Assembly: GCA_051942205.1 (NCBI GenBank)
Contig: JAVECO010000010.1
Coordinates: 1-64,000, forward strand
Direction of reading: 5' to 3'
Length of the DNA: 64,000 bases
Source: Coniocarpon cinnabarinum
Taxonomy: Eukaryota
Part shown: one piece after another, positions 35,818 to 47,573 of the stretch
How positions within the stretch are numbered: position 1 is the stretch's first letter
How the letters are laid out: the number at the start of each line of letters is the position of its first letter
Position numbers and translations under genes: made by a program
Notes under the pieces: generated by a model
The model's input: the letters and a program-made list of their open reading frames with translations, nothing else
Database searches by the model: none
What the model was told of the DNA's origin: nothing

Positions 35818-38800
35818 ATGGCGCCTCTAAATCTTAAGCCAGCCAAGTCGGCCGAGGAGTATAGAGTCGGCTGGGTGTGTGCACTACCTGAAGAACAGAC
35901 CGCTGCCACTCGAATGTTAGATCAGAGACACAAGCCGTTACACAATCAGCCACGCGACACCAATGTCTACACTTACGGGTCAATTGGGGAGCACAATGTG
36001 GTTATTGCATCCTTGCCTGGCACCACAGGCACTAATGCCGCCGCAGCGGTCGCGGTCCAAATGGTACAAAGCTTTCACAATGTAAAGATTGGACTGTTGG
36101 TCGGCATTGGTGGAGGTGTACCCTCTGCTCGAAACGATATCCGTCTGGGCGATGTCGTTGTTAGCAAGCCTGACCAACAGTCGGGGGGTGTCATCCAGTG
36201 GGATAAGGGCAAAGTCGTTAGTGGGCAGGATGCATTTGTGCGGACCGGGTCGCTCAATGAGCCGCCCAAAATACTTCTTGGTGCTGCTCAGACTTTTATC
36301 ACAAGTCTCGAGCTCGAGGAAAGCAGTTTTTCGGAGCATCTAGCCTCCGCTCCACCAGCATATCAGTTTCCAGCAGATGAGCAGGATCAGCTGTTTCGCC
36401 CCGACTACCCCCACGTTGACCCTGACAGCATCGATTGCTCTGAGTGTGATCTGAAACAGACTGTTGAGCGGAAAGCAAGACGTGATGCTACGCCGCAGGT
36501 CCATCAGGGTCTTATTGCATCGGGAAACAAGGTCATTAAAAATGGCGCCGAGCGCGATAAGATTGTAAAAAGTCTTGGCAGGATCCTTTGCTTTGAGATG
36601 GAAGCAGCCGGCTTGATGAATGATTTTGAATGCCTTGTGGTACGTGGAATATCAGACTACTCTGATTCCCACAAGAACGATGGCTGGCACAGATATGCAG
36701 CTGCCACGGCTGCGGCTTGTGCAAAGGAGATACTTCTTAACACTCCTCTTGCGGACTTGGATACGATGAAACCTCTAGCCGATCAGCTTCAAAGACGTGA
36801 GTCTCTGTGAACCAGGAGTCACGAGACTAGTCCCTCGCTGATGGTCATCTCCAAGAAATGGCTGATATTGAAGTGAAGATCAGCACTCAAGTGGCGGAAG
36901 GTTTCGCGGGTATCAATGCAAGAGATGAAAAAAACAAGGCCAGAAAGCATAGGACCGAAGTTGAGAGCTGGCTTGTTCGTCCGGAGGAATATCTCGTTGA
37001 TCGAGAGCTACCCGCACATTTCTTTGATGATTGGGACTGGTTCCAGGAGGAGCAGTCAGTTGGAATTTGGACGAAGGGCACAACCCCTGTTGTGCTGAAG
37101 TGTATTGGCGACGCTGGAGTTGGCAAGGTGAATGTTCATGGAACTTGTACGTGCATTAAATGTCGTTGACGAGACTTAGACTGTGTTGAGTCACCAAATG
37201 CGCAGGGAGATGCGTCGGACTACGAGACTGTCCAACGCTCTGATTTTAAGCCTGTTTTTGGATTATCATCGTGAGGAAAGCCAATCCATTGAAGATTGTT
37301 TGCGCCTGCTACTCTGTCAAGTGCTCAAGAACGACGACCCTGGTTACGTCTCACCAGCAATGGAAGAGCTGTGGCAGGCTTGCAATAGTGGTGATCGAGC
37401 GACACAGGTGAGTATTGTGCTGCACCACATCCTACAGAGGGGCGCCATTCAGTATCAGGTGCTAGTCAAGCCATGTTTGACAATTGACGCCCGAACTCTC
37501 CGGCCGGGGTGTCCAAGACGTACGGCTGACGCATCGAATGATAGGACCAACTCCTCGAACTTCTGAGTAGTGAACTCGGAAGAGTTCAAGATCGAGACGT
37601 TTACATTATACTAGATGGACTTGAGGAGGTCGCCGAGGACAAAGCCGCCAAATTGCAAGAGATTCTGGAGGGTGTTCAGCATAATGCCACGCGTTCAAAC
37701 GTTCGACTCGCCATCTTCTCCCGGAACAACAAAGATATCTTAAGATCAGACCAGGTGGTCACTTGCGACGCGAAAGATTCAGGATGCGACGGGTGAGTTG
37801 TTGCAAAACTAAAGCAACTCCACATCAAAGAGTCTTTGCCGAGCCCCACGAAATCCCTAACCCAATTTTGGATGTGACTAGATGAAACGGCTATCGCACG
37901 TATTGATTGGCCGGGACACATCTCGCCTCGCTCAAAATCGACTGCTGACAGCGTCGCAGGAAGTTGCTCACACTCTATTGGTCGTGTGATCATGAATTCT
38001 GCATGTGCCATGATTGCTATGAAAAAGGGTCGCATTGCCCCATGGCAGAGGAGGAAAGTCATCAAATCCAGGTCAATGTGAGGCTTCACAAGGTTGAAAC
38101 GCCCCTCTGGGTCATCCGCGGCTATGTGGATCAATATATTGATAGTAGCAGCGGGACTGCCATACGAAGGCGTTGCGATGCAACACCTGGGCTGCAGGAC
38201 AGAATCCTAGATGCTGTTGAAGCCTGCGCGAAAGGATCATTCCGCGTAGCTGAACTCTGCATTGCTGAGATAAAGGATCAAAGTGACACTCTGCAGGGAA
38301 TCGAGGATGCTCTGGAAGATCTCTCGGACTCACTGGACAAAGCGTATGCCAAATCGATTGCACGACTTCCACAAAGATCAGCATCCCAGCGCATCATCTC
38401 GCTGAAGGCATTGACGTGGGTTGCGGTGGCGAAACGTGCGCTCACAAGCAACGAGCTCAAGCAAGCCCTGGCACTTAGATTTCCCGACCAGGTCTACGAT
38501 GGCGAGAGAGGCAAGCAAACTCCGCTGTTCAAGTCTAGCCGAGCCCCTGACTTGAACGACATCATCTCGAACACCCGTGGTCTGCTTGCCACTCAGACGG
38601 ACCCTAACTCTGGGGAAAGCTTGTTCACTATGCACCTCACATTGCGTCAGTACATACAGGACCCACAAAGAAGGAATGATCCCCAAACGGTGGTAAATTC
38701 AGAACACGTATCTGCTTGGTTCCCTGATTGGCAACGAGCTTTGGCGATTGAGATTACTAAACTTCTGACACTTCAAAGACCCAGAGACCCTGACGACGAG

Positions 38801-40876
38801 GATACTCGGGAGTATCCTGACTTGCTCTACCGATACGTTGCCATGTACTGGCCGGAGCACGTGCGCCCTTTCCAACACATTCAAGAGATCAGAGCAGAAC
38901 TTGTGCAATTCTTACAGGATGAAAGGGCTGTTCTCACTTGGTTGCGTATAGCTTCCCGGATGACCACTGCCAATCATCGCGATGTGCCTCTTCGTGAGGG
39001 CGCTATAGCCCTGCACATATGCGCCAGCTACGGTCTACATGAGATCATCCCTGCTCTTAGCATACCAGCAGGATATTTGGATCTTCGAGACCCGTTCTTC
39101 GGTCGAACGCCCTTGGTACATGCGTGTCGTGAAGGACACGGCAACACGACAATTGCGCTAATCAAACGCAGAGCACGGGCGGAGCTTGCAGACAACGACG
39201 GCTACACAGCCTTAATCGCAGCTTGTGAACGATCTCAAGAGGATATAGTGAGGGAACTCCTTGACTGCAGTGCACCCAATGTTCATCCAGATCCCAATGT
39301 GAATCACTCTTTTCCTCAAAAATTTGACCAAACAGCTCTTATGCTAGCAGTTGCTCGATCAGGCACAACAAATGAAAGGATTGTGAGCCTGCTTCTTAGC
39401 GACAGCCGGGTACATGTGAATCAGACAGACCGCAGTAGCCAAACCGCGCTCATGATCGCGGCGAGATGTGGCGGGGACAGGATGCTCGATCTGCTGCTTG
39501 AACGCCGCACATCGGGAGCTGGCATCGCCGATCTTGAGGTTGGCGACATGAGTGGACGTACGGCATTGATACTCGCGGCTGAAGAGGGGCACTTGGGATG
39601 CGTCGAAAAGTTGATTGACCATGGTGCCCGGCCAGACGCCCGTGAAGCCTTTGGAGGCGGCAACTTCCTGCAATTCGCCTGCAACACCGGACATATAGCT
39701 TTAGTCAAGGCCGTGCATGGACGGGTGCCGGCTTCATGCTGGGAGTCGCGCGATAAGTATGGACGAACATTGCTGCACTCAGCAAGTGTGAACGGTCGTT
39801 TAGACGTTGCTCAGTTCTTACTGGAAGACGTCAGGCTTAGCCTTCACGCTCAAGGCGACAAGGGGGAGACGGCGCTGCATGATGCATGTCGACAAGGCTA
39901 CAAAGCCCTTGCGCAACTGCTCTTGGGAAAAGCAGACGGTGTGCAAATACGGGATCATGCTGGAAGGACACCTGCGGAAGTTGCTTGGCAGAATGGCAAT
40001 GCTGGACTCCTCGATGATGATGCTGAGGTGGACGATGAACCATCTCCGACGCCCGCCGATATAGCAGACACAGCGGCAGATCTAGAAGAGTTGGACCTCG
40101 GAGCACCCCCCGAGGACCCTCAGAAATACCCCGACCTTCATCTCCTTCCCACATGGTCACTAGCGCTGTTGAATGCGAAAGAAGAAATCACACTTCGCGC
40201 CTCACAAGACCCAAACACACTGATTTCGACAGACCCAGACACCGGCAATACACCAGTCCACTGGGCCGTCATAACGAACTCCACTTCCATTCTTTGTGGC
40301 CTGTTGACTGCCGGACTCGACCCCAACGCAAAAAACGACACAAAGCGTACGCCTCTCCACCTTGCAGCCTTGAAAGGGCACGCTACTTGTGCCGATATTC
40401 TTCTTTCCAGTGGCGCCGATCCTCGTATTCCCGATCCCACCACCTCTACCAGCGATAACTGCATTACAGTCCTGGACATTGCATTGTTTCCCAGACCCGG
40501 CGACACTACTGGACACGACGACACCGCTCTGGTTCTCATAACGCAAGGCCCGCCTCGAGGCCTCGATATCAGCGCCTTGACCCCCTGGTCCAAGAACGAC
40601 GCACTGATGCTGGCAGTCGGCCGATCCAACGTCGCGGCCGTACAAATCCTGTGCGAGAACGGGGCAAATCCGTGGGCGCAGGACCAGGGCGGGATCAGTG
40701 CAAGGATGCTGGCACGGATGAATGGAGATGACGCTGTATTTGAGGTGTTGGACGCGTTTCGGGATCCAGCCTTGTTCAAAGTGGGGAGAAGAGAGAAGGA
40801 GGTGAGCGGGTTCAAGAAGTATTTGGTGTGGAGTATGGAGGCTCTGGCGAGGCAAAAGGGAAATCTCCCTGTGTAG
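35818..40876 (+). CDS. Fungal NLR-like STAND protein: PNP_UDP_1 effector, NACHT (with inserted ZZ-like zinc finger), ankyrin repeats; 5 exons, ~1547 aa
   Basis: Exons 35818-36796, 36856-37127, 37180-37407, 37545-37792 and 37960-40876 total 4644 nt in frame. PNP motifs VGWVCAL, LLVGIGGG, DIRLGDVVVS, CFEMEAAGL, RGISDYSDSHKN; Walker A GDAGVGKT; Walker B YIILDGLEE; winged-helix WVAVAKRALT..ELKQAL; multiple TAL/TPLH ankyrin repeats. Confidence 0.93.
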
Positions 40877-41564
40877 GTGGAGGAACTGATAATGAAAAAA
40901 GATATGATGGGGGCTGCGCTGGCTACCTTTGACATTTAATCCCAAACAAACGGGCATATTAAATTCGACGTCCTTGCAAATTGCTTTGGTCTCATGAAAT
41001 GGAAACAACTTCAAGAAACAAGTTGAATTCAGTTCATTACGGCTCTGATTCGAGGAAAGTGTGCACAAACGACAGCGCATGATGGAAAAGATTCCTGGTA
41101 GAATTGTTATGTTTTTCAGATTTGCAGAGAGTCTAAAGCTAGAACTACTCACATTGCGTTCTGGACGAAGTATCTCAATTTACCGGTCTGGCCGTAGAGT
41201 CAACATCAAAGCTGTTCAATGTTAGACAGGACGGAGCCTTCTCGTTTTGAGGGCTCAACGATGTCTGCTAATAGGCGATGACGATCCTGCGGTATTGACC
41301 AACGTACTGCAGAGCGTATTATTGATTGCATCCTATGGCGCGCATCAGAGTGCAAGGGACAATAAGATGACATCGTCAACCTAGAATGAAGCAACGTCAC
41401 TGCAATGCTTAGGTGAGAAGTCTGAGACTAACAAACGACGGAAAACAAACGCTTGCCTGTGAATTATGATACAAATTGTTGAGTTTCTTTGTCGCCCTCT
41501 CATGAATAATACTACAATCCGTCTCTCAGCTTATCCAATCCACTTCACTTTCCAATCTTTAAGG

Positions 41565-44500
41565 CTAAACCTTCGTCAAATCCTTCATTCTCGGTCCCCT
41601 CTTCACCACCTCCCTCCGAAACACATTCAATACTCTTCTCCGATTTGCCTCTCGCTCAACCATGTCCTCGAATTCTGTCCCAGACACGCCCGAGAGCGTC
41701 TTCCTCTCGGCCAAAGATGAATCATTCTGGATCGTCAATGCCTTGGTGCTCCTCGCTAATTCATCATCAGCAACGTTATTCTCTTTTTTCACGACAACGC
41801 CATCATCGTCATTCTCATCGTCAGAGTCAGGCATCGAGAATCGTGACGTCTTGAAACTCTGCTTCGGCGTCTGCTTGTCGCTCTTCGCAGGCGACTGAGG
41901 CGCCTCACTGATCCTAACGCTCCGTCGCGCACTCGCGCCCAGACTCATCCGACTCAAACTCTTGCTCAGGTCTGGACTACCCGCTTGACTATCGCGGCGG
42001 AGCTTCTTCAGACGAGCTTCAAGCAAGTCAACATCACCTCGTTTCATTTCCGCCATTCGCGTCATCTTTGCAATCGTGTTGATCACGGCTTCCACAGTTG
42101 GCACTTCACCAGCCCCCTGGGCCCCTGCATTCGCATTCTGCGCCTCACGTGCCACGATCTTGGCGCGAAACAGCGAGAGCGCGTCTTCTGCTTCTGCGAG
42201 CCTCGTCTGGACTGTGGCGTACCCTTCACGAAGTTTGCGGATACCAGCAAGCTGCTCTGTGTTCAGTTTCGGCCTCGGTCGACCTGACTGCGGACCTGTC
42301 TCGCCGTCAATCACTGAGCGAATCTCCTGGACCGTTCGCGCGACTTCGACACGTTTGTTGCGAATCGACGTCATGTGCTGTTCGATGTCATGTAGGTGTT
42401 CGAGCGTAGCCCGGACATTCTGCAGACGATTGACCTGCAGCTTGCGATCCAAGTCCCTTTGCAGCAAGGCGAGGTCATCAACCTCCACCAGCGTCCAAGA
42501 GTCTTGCCGCTCAGGCTCAAGATCCACGCCATCGCGTTCGCCATCGGTTTTGAGAAGTTCCTCCTGACCTCTCACGAACTCAGCCAAAGTGTGAGCGTTG
42601 AGTCCCAACGTATCGACCATGCTGTTGCCGTCTCGATATAGGCGCTCAATTTGCGAAGCGGTGCTCGTGCCTGATACCGTGTCGACATAGTCAGTGTGTG
42701 CAATGAACGACTTCAAGCGCTTGGAAGCTCTGACGGGTGCTGCAAGATCTTCCTGGATTCTATCCTCGGCGTCTTGAGCAGGTGCGAAGTCCACGCTCGG
42801 GCTCGGTGATGCGGGTCGTGGAGGTGGGACCGAAGGTGTCGATGAAGGAGCCGGTGATGACCTGGCGGGCGTGATCTGGTTGGCAAGTCCTGATGTAGGC
42901 TTTCGAGGCGTGGGCGCGAATGTGGGCGCAGGGCTTGAGACCGCGCGATCAGGCGACGGTGCAGCGAGTCGAGTAGGGGAGGGAGTGCCGCGTCGTGTCG
43001 GCGAAGCTATCCGACGATTGCCGGGGAGCTGCTGGCGAATGGGGCTTGGTGAACGTGGTGACTCAGGACCAGGAGGTTTGAAGAGTATAGGTGGCTTCCC
43101 CATTTCTGTCGTAGGCGTCTTCCCAAACGAAAAGCTCCCCGTTGGAGTGCTACTCTCACCACCAAATATTGTGGATTTGTTGGGTGTCGGCTGAACTGGA
43201 GATTTCTGCCGAGGCCATGTCCCTGCTTTGTCTAGGTTGATGGTAGGATCCGCTTCTGTTGTAATCGAATGAGTAGGCGAGGGCGGGATGGACTTCTCCG
43301 CCTCTACAATTTCCGGTTCGCTCCCTGCTGGGGAATGCTCGGTTTGTTCACTTTGCTCATCAGCCTTGTCTTTGGCGGGCGTTGGATCCACAGTCTGCGG
43401 TGTAGTACTTGTGTTGTGTCCTTCGTCTTGAGCCAGCTTCTCCGGTGTCTTTAGCTGATCTGGTCTCTGCTCGTTGTTATCTACTTTTGGTGAAGGTGGA
43501 AGTGGCGCAGGCTCTGGTGTGGATGGAGCCTGTTCATTGGCACCTTTAGCAGAATCCGACTCAGAGGGTTTCGTGGTCCAGTCTGGCGGGAGCGGCGCAT
43601 CATCAACAGGCTCGGTCTTGATTTTGGGCTCCTCAGCTGGTTTCCCAACAGGTTTTGAAGGCTCCGCTTTACTTTCGCCTAGACCAAGTCCTGACATACC
43701 AGACCCGAAAATGTTATCCGCCTTCTTGTCCATATCCATATCGGCGTCTTCATCCTGTGCTTTGTTGTCGCTAGGCTGCATCATAGTTGTTTTCGTCGAC
43801 AATGCTGGAGTAGCCCATGGAGATGCGTCAGGCCCTAAGCCTGACGGCTTTCCAAAATCGGTGAAGCTTGATCCAATTGTCATTGTTGAGCCACTGCTCG
43901 GCTCTTGGTTGAATCCCGGTGGCTTGTCATCTTTCTTCTCGGGCTGACCGAAACCCCATCCAGTCTGCAGATTTTGCTGTTGTCCGAAAGTAGAAGTGCC
44001 AAAGGAAGCGCTGTCGCCACTTGGTTTACCAAACAAAGACGTCTTTTCCGCGCCAGTATTGAATTTCGCAAAAGGTGATCCCGCCGCTGAGTCCTTGTTG
44101 GCAGAGAAGGCTCCGAATCTGGACGACTTGTTAGCATCAACGCCTTGACTCATCACCTTGCCAAAAGGTGATGCAGAATTGGTCGAAGCCCCACCGAAGG
44201 CTTTGTTGCTGTTACCTAAGCCAGAGGCAGAACCAAATGAGGGCTGACTGGGTGCTGCCGGCGTTCCAAATGCTGCTTGCGCCGGTGTTCCAAATGAAGG
44301 TGCTCCAAAACCTGACTGTCCAAAGGCCGGTCCCTTCTGCTGTGAGCTCCACGGTGACGCTCCTGTTCCAAATGGCTGATTCGTAGTAGCGCTCGGTGTT
44401 TTGAAAGTGGAAAGCGCAGACTGGTTACCAAAAGTTGGTTGAGCCGGCGTCGAAGTTGCAGAGGATGTTTGCTGAGTAGGAGCACGCGATGCTACATTCA

Positions 44501-45923
44501 TGGCGCCATATATTTTGCTTTGGATAATTCCGTCATTGTAGATAAACCACCAGGCGGACAAGACTCCCTCATGGTTCAACACCATGATCGCTGGTACAGG
44601 CTGCGGTGCTTGCTCAAGCGCATCCGCTTGCTGAGGTATCGGCCGCTTGACGAGCTCTTCTGGCGAGAAGTCAAAGGCCATACCTATTGCTGATGGGTCC
44701 TCCATCGCCATGTCATCTGTCACCGATCCGCTAAGTTGAGCCCTCCGAGAGTCCTCTGAAAGTGCAACTGGAGCGTACGTATTTGCGGTGCCCGGTGCTT
44801 CTCGAGATAAAGGGGTCGTTGAGTTGGCAACGAGCCCCACGTCTGGGCCACAAGTAGTGGAAGCAAAGATGGCATCTTTCAAGTGAGGCTCGTAGGAGCG
44901 AAGCCTGCTTAAGAAATAGTGAGGGGGTTGTCTGAGCTGTCCGAACGGAGCAAGTGGCTCGTTTGCGAGTTTTCGGAAGGAAAAAGCATTTTCTTGTCTG
45001 GTAATGACAAAGGTGCGCAGGTCCATGGCGTCGGCGTGAGAGTTGTAGATGATGAAGAAGCGGTCGTTGTCCAACCACAGCAGAGACGCTGCGTAGCAAT
45101 TATCAAATCTGGGATCATTAGTAGCAGGAGGTTTTGGTATGGTCGCTTGTATAGATCCGTCGGGCTTGAGCTGAAGAGCTGTTGCGTCTTGAAGACCCGC
45201 GACCAATTGTTTGCCTTTTGCGCTCCAGGAACAACAGCTGACACCAGTGTCCTTCAGAAGAGGACTGCCTTGTCCGTTCTTCAACCATCCTTGCTCCTTC
45301 ATGTTCGCAATCATTAGCTTCCCGTCTGTCAACACAACGGCGAACAAGTGGCCTTGATCCTCTGCTGGATTCGGGATGAGAGCGCGGACGCCGATGTTGT
45401 CCGTGTATATCTGGAACGCGTGCGCAGGATTGTTTTGTTTTATAGAATCCGTCTCATACACCAGCAGTCCTCCGCCACTCTCAGCTGAGATGACTAGGTA
45501 TTTCTCATCCGAGGAGAAGGCGATCTGAGACACTCTGGCGGGGAGATCAATCGTCATGGAGCGGGACAGCGTCTTGACCTTTTCTTCTGAGCCATCTTTC
45601 CGTGCGAGGTCGGACCGAACGTCTTTCGTCTTAGCAATCACCAATTTGCTAGGGTCCGCAGCAGCCAGGATACCGTTTCGAGACGCAATCGAAAAGAGAG
45701 AGGCTGTCGGTGGAGGAAGCGCATCATTTGGCCATGGGTTTGGCAATATGCGCAACGGTCGCGAATCTCCGTTCAATGGCACGAACCCAACGTTTTCGGT
45801 GACGACCTCTTCAAGTTGATCTCCCAATCGTGCTTGACCAGATGCGCCAGACATGAGTGGATTGCTACTGCCAAACATGCCAGCTGCCATCTTCGGTGTA
45901 TAACCAGATTGTGTTCTGATCAT
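41565..45923 (-). CDS. NUP159: Nucleoporin Nup159/Nup214 (beta-propeller, FG repeats, coiled coil), intronless; true start may be 45890 or 45878
   Basis: N-terminal propeller (SCCSWSAKGKQLVAGL, LNHEGVLSAW), many AFG/SFG/PFG repeats, IKTEP, C-terminal coiled coil with PTVEAVINTIAKMT. Confidence 0.93.
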   Translation of the reverse strand: MIRTQSGYTPKMAAGMFGSSNPLMSGASGQARLGDQLEEVVTENVGFVPLNGDSRPLRILPNPWPNDALPPPTASLFSIASRNGILAAADPSKLVIAKTKDVRSDLARKDGSEEKVKTLSRSMTIDLPARVSQIAFSSDEKYLVISAESGGGLLVYETDSIKQNNPAHAFQIYTDNIGVRALIPNPAEDQGHLFAVVLTDGKLMIANMKEQGWLKNGQGSPLLKDTGVSCCSWSAKGKQLVAGLQDATALQLKPDGSIQATIPKPPATNDPRFDNCYAASLLWLDNDRFFIIYNSHADAMDLRTFVITRQENAFSFRKLANEPLAPFGQLRQPPHYFLSRLRSYEPHLKDAIFASTTCGPDVGLVANSTTPLSREAPGTANTYAPVALSEDSRRAQLSGSVTDDMAMEDPSAIGMAFDFSPEELVKRPIPQQADALEQAPQPVPAIMVLNHEGVLSAWWFIYNDGIIQSKIYGAMNVASRAPTQQTSSATSTPAQPTFGNQSALSTFKTPSATTNQPFGTGASPWSSQQKGPAFGQSGFGAPSFGTPAQAAFGTPAAPSQPSFGSASGLGNSNKAFGGASTNSASPFGKVMSQGVDANKSSRFGAFSANKDSAAGSPFAKFNTGAEKTSLFGKPSGDSASFGTSTFGQQQNLQTGWGFGQPEKKDDKPPGFNQEPSSGSTMTIGSSFTDFGKPSGLGPDASPWATPALSTKTTMMQPSDNKAQDEDADMDMDKKADNIFGSGMSGLGLGESKAEPSKPVGKPAEEPKIKTEPVDDAPLPPDWTTKPSESDSAKGANEQAPSTPEPAPLPPSPKVDNNEQRPDQLKTPEKLAQDEGHNTSTTPQTVDPTPAKDKADEQSEQTEHSPAGSEPEIVEAEKSIPPSPTHSITTEADPTINLDKAGTWPRQKSPVQPTPNKSTIFGGESSTPTGSFSFGKTPTTEMGKPPILFKPPGPESPRSPSPIRQQLPGNRRIASPTRRGTPSPTRLAAPSPDRAVSSPAPTFAPTPRKPTSGLANQITPARSSPAPSSTPSVPPPRPASPSPSVDFAPAQDAEDRIQEDLAAPVRASKRLKSFIAHTDYVDTVSGTSTASQIERLYRDGNSMVDTLGLNAHTLAEFVRGQEELLKTDGERDGVDLEPERQDSWTLVEVDDLALLQRDLDRKLQVNRLQNVRATLEHLHDIEQHMTSIRNKRVEVARTVQEIRSVIDGETGPQSGRPRPKLNTEQLAGIRKLREGYATVQTRLAEAEDALSLFRAKIVAREAQNANAGAQGAGEVPTVEAVINTIAKMTRMAEMKRGDVDLLEARLKKLRRDSQAGSPDLSKSLSRMSLGASARRSVRISEAPQSPAKSDKQTPKQSFKTSRFSMPDSDDENDDDGVVVKKENNVADDELARSTKALTIQNDSSLAERKTLSGVSGTEFEDMVEREANRRRVLNVFRREVVKRGPRMKDLTKV

Positions 45924-46597
45924 CGACTGTTCATCTCTTCATTGCGCTGCTGTGACTATCCTGTGACGCGGCATGCGCTTGATCGGAAGATGGTGTAATG
46001 TACCGCTTCGCAAGTAGCGAGGTTCCTGCAGTTTGTAGTTGATGTAGTTATGTGTGTACTCGAGCAGCTCCTCAGCTAGGTATCTTTAAGAAAGTATGGG
46101 TGAACGCGCGATGCACGACGGGGCCGACTCTGAGATGGTTGAACTTGCGAGGGCTTAGTGAGTATGCTGACCGGATGTTGACGGCGCTTCGAGACAAGCT
46201 AAACAAGTTTTGACAAGCTCAACCCGCTGCGAAAGGTCGTAAGTCGCTCTGTGGGCAGCAATCGCGTCAATTTCACGAATCTGGAGGACGCGATCTCAAC
46301 TCCGCAAAGTCCATTCGGTCAGGCAACAAGGCAGCAACATCTCCAGCCCTTTCTTGGCACGGGACTCTGAAGGCGTGACGGCGCGTTAAGCTCTAGGCAG
46401 ATCGGGAGCTTCATCATCACCCAAGTCTGTCCCTCGTATGTCCGCACTGGTCTGATAATTTATCAGGAAAAGTTCACGACTGTGTTGGTGCGCTGTGGAG
46501 CTCTTTCTGATTCTTTAAGGCCTTGCCAGACGCCGCTCTTGCACTCCAGCCCCGTCACTCCCAAATTGTCCAGCCTCAATAGCATATATTCCTCAAC

Positions 46598-47489
46598 ATG
46601 CCTGGTCTAGACTTCTCAAACTACGATCGCAACGCGGCCCTCCACGCCCGGGGTGTGCCGTTGCCAAAAGCAACAAGCACCGGTACAACGATCGTGGGAT
46701 GCTTATATGATGGTGGCGTGGTGGTAAGTACCACAATGTGATTCACTCGTACTCTGAATTGAAGCAGCTAAATCAAGATCCTAGATCGCAGCAGACACGC
46801 GTGCCACGTCGGGCCCGATTGTAGCCGACAAGAATTGCGAAAAGCTTCACTTCATTTCTCCCAATATATGGTGCGCCGGTGCAGGAACCGCAGCTGACAC
46901 CGAATTCACGACCGCACTCATGTCCTCAAATCTCGAGCTACATTCATTATCAACGGGCCGAAAACCGCGAGTGGTGACGGTCATGACGATGCTCAAGCAG
47001 CATCTGTTTCGATATCAAGGCTACATCGGCGCCTACCTCGTCGTTGCTGGCGTTGATCCAACGGGTGCACATCTATTCACAGTCCATGCGCATGGCAGTA
47101 CAGACAAATTGCCGTATGTCACTATGGGATCAGGTTCTCTGGCGGCGATGTCGGTATTTGAGACTGGGTGGAAGCCGAAAATGACCAGGGATGAGGCTGT
47201 TGAACTCGCCAGACAGGCCATTCGAGCTGGTATCTTCAACGATCTTGGTTCGGGGTCCAACGTTGACGTTGCGATCATTACCAATGAAAAGACGACGCTG
47301 CTGCGTAACATGGACATTGCGAATCCACGGGCCAAGAAGCTGCGAGACTACCGGTTCGAGAAGGGCAGCACCGCGTGGCTTGCCGAAAGAGTGATCCGCA
47401 AAGAGGACATTGGCAAGTACGTGACAGTGCACGAGCTGGCTGAAGGCCAAGAGGGGGCTGCAGGGGAGAAGATGGACGTCGATACATGA
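46598..47489 (+). CDS. PUP1: 20S proteasome subunit beta-2, 2 exons (intron 46724-46784)
   Basis: [12 protein letters not shown] propeptide, STG|TTIVG catalytic Thr, [38 protein letters not shown]. Confidence 0.97.
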
Positions 47490-47573
47490 TAGCGCTGGCG
47501 TGCATTCGGCTCGCTTTGTAATATAATGTAACAACAAGATTACATCAATGCTTCCTTTGACACAGCAAGCTTG

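Noticed and set aside
34996..35830. ORFs of 209 and 70 aa upstream of the NLR as an amyloid/effector partner or uORF
   Set aside because: R/P/A-rich promoter-like translation, no HeLo/HET-s/gasdermin or amyloid-repeat motif, and the ATG at 35681 directly abuts a TATA-like box.
40138..41152. Long antisense ORFs (265 and 316 aa) over the NLR 3' end
   Set aside because: Shadow ORFs of the coding strand with no motifs.
43880..44420. FG-coding repeats in NUP159 as a DNA repeat element
   Set aside because: Ordinary nucleoporin FG repeats, degenerate at DNA level.
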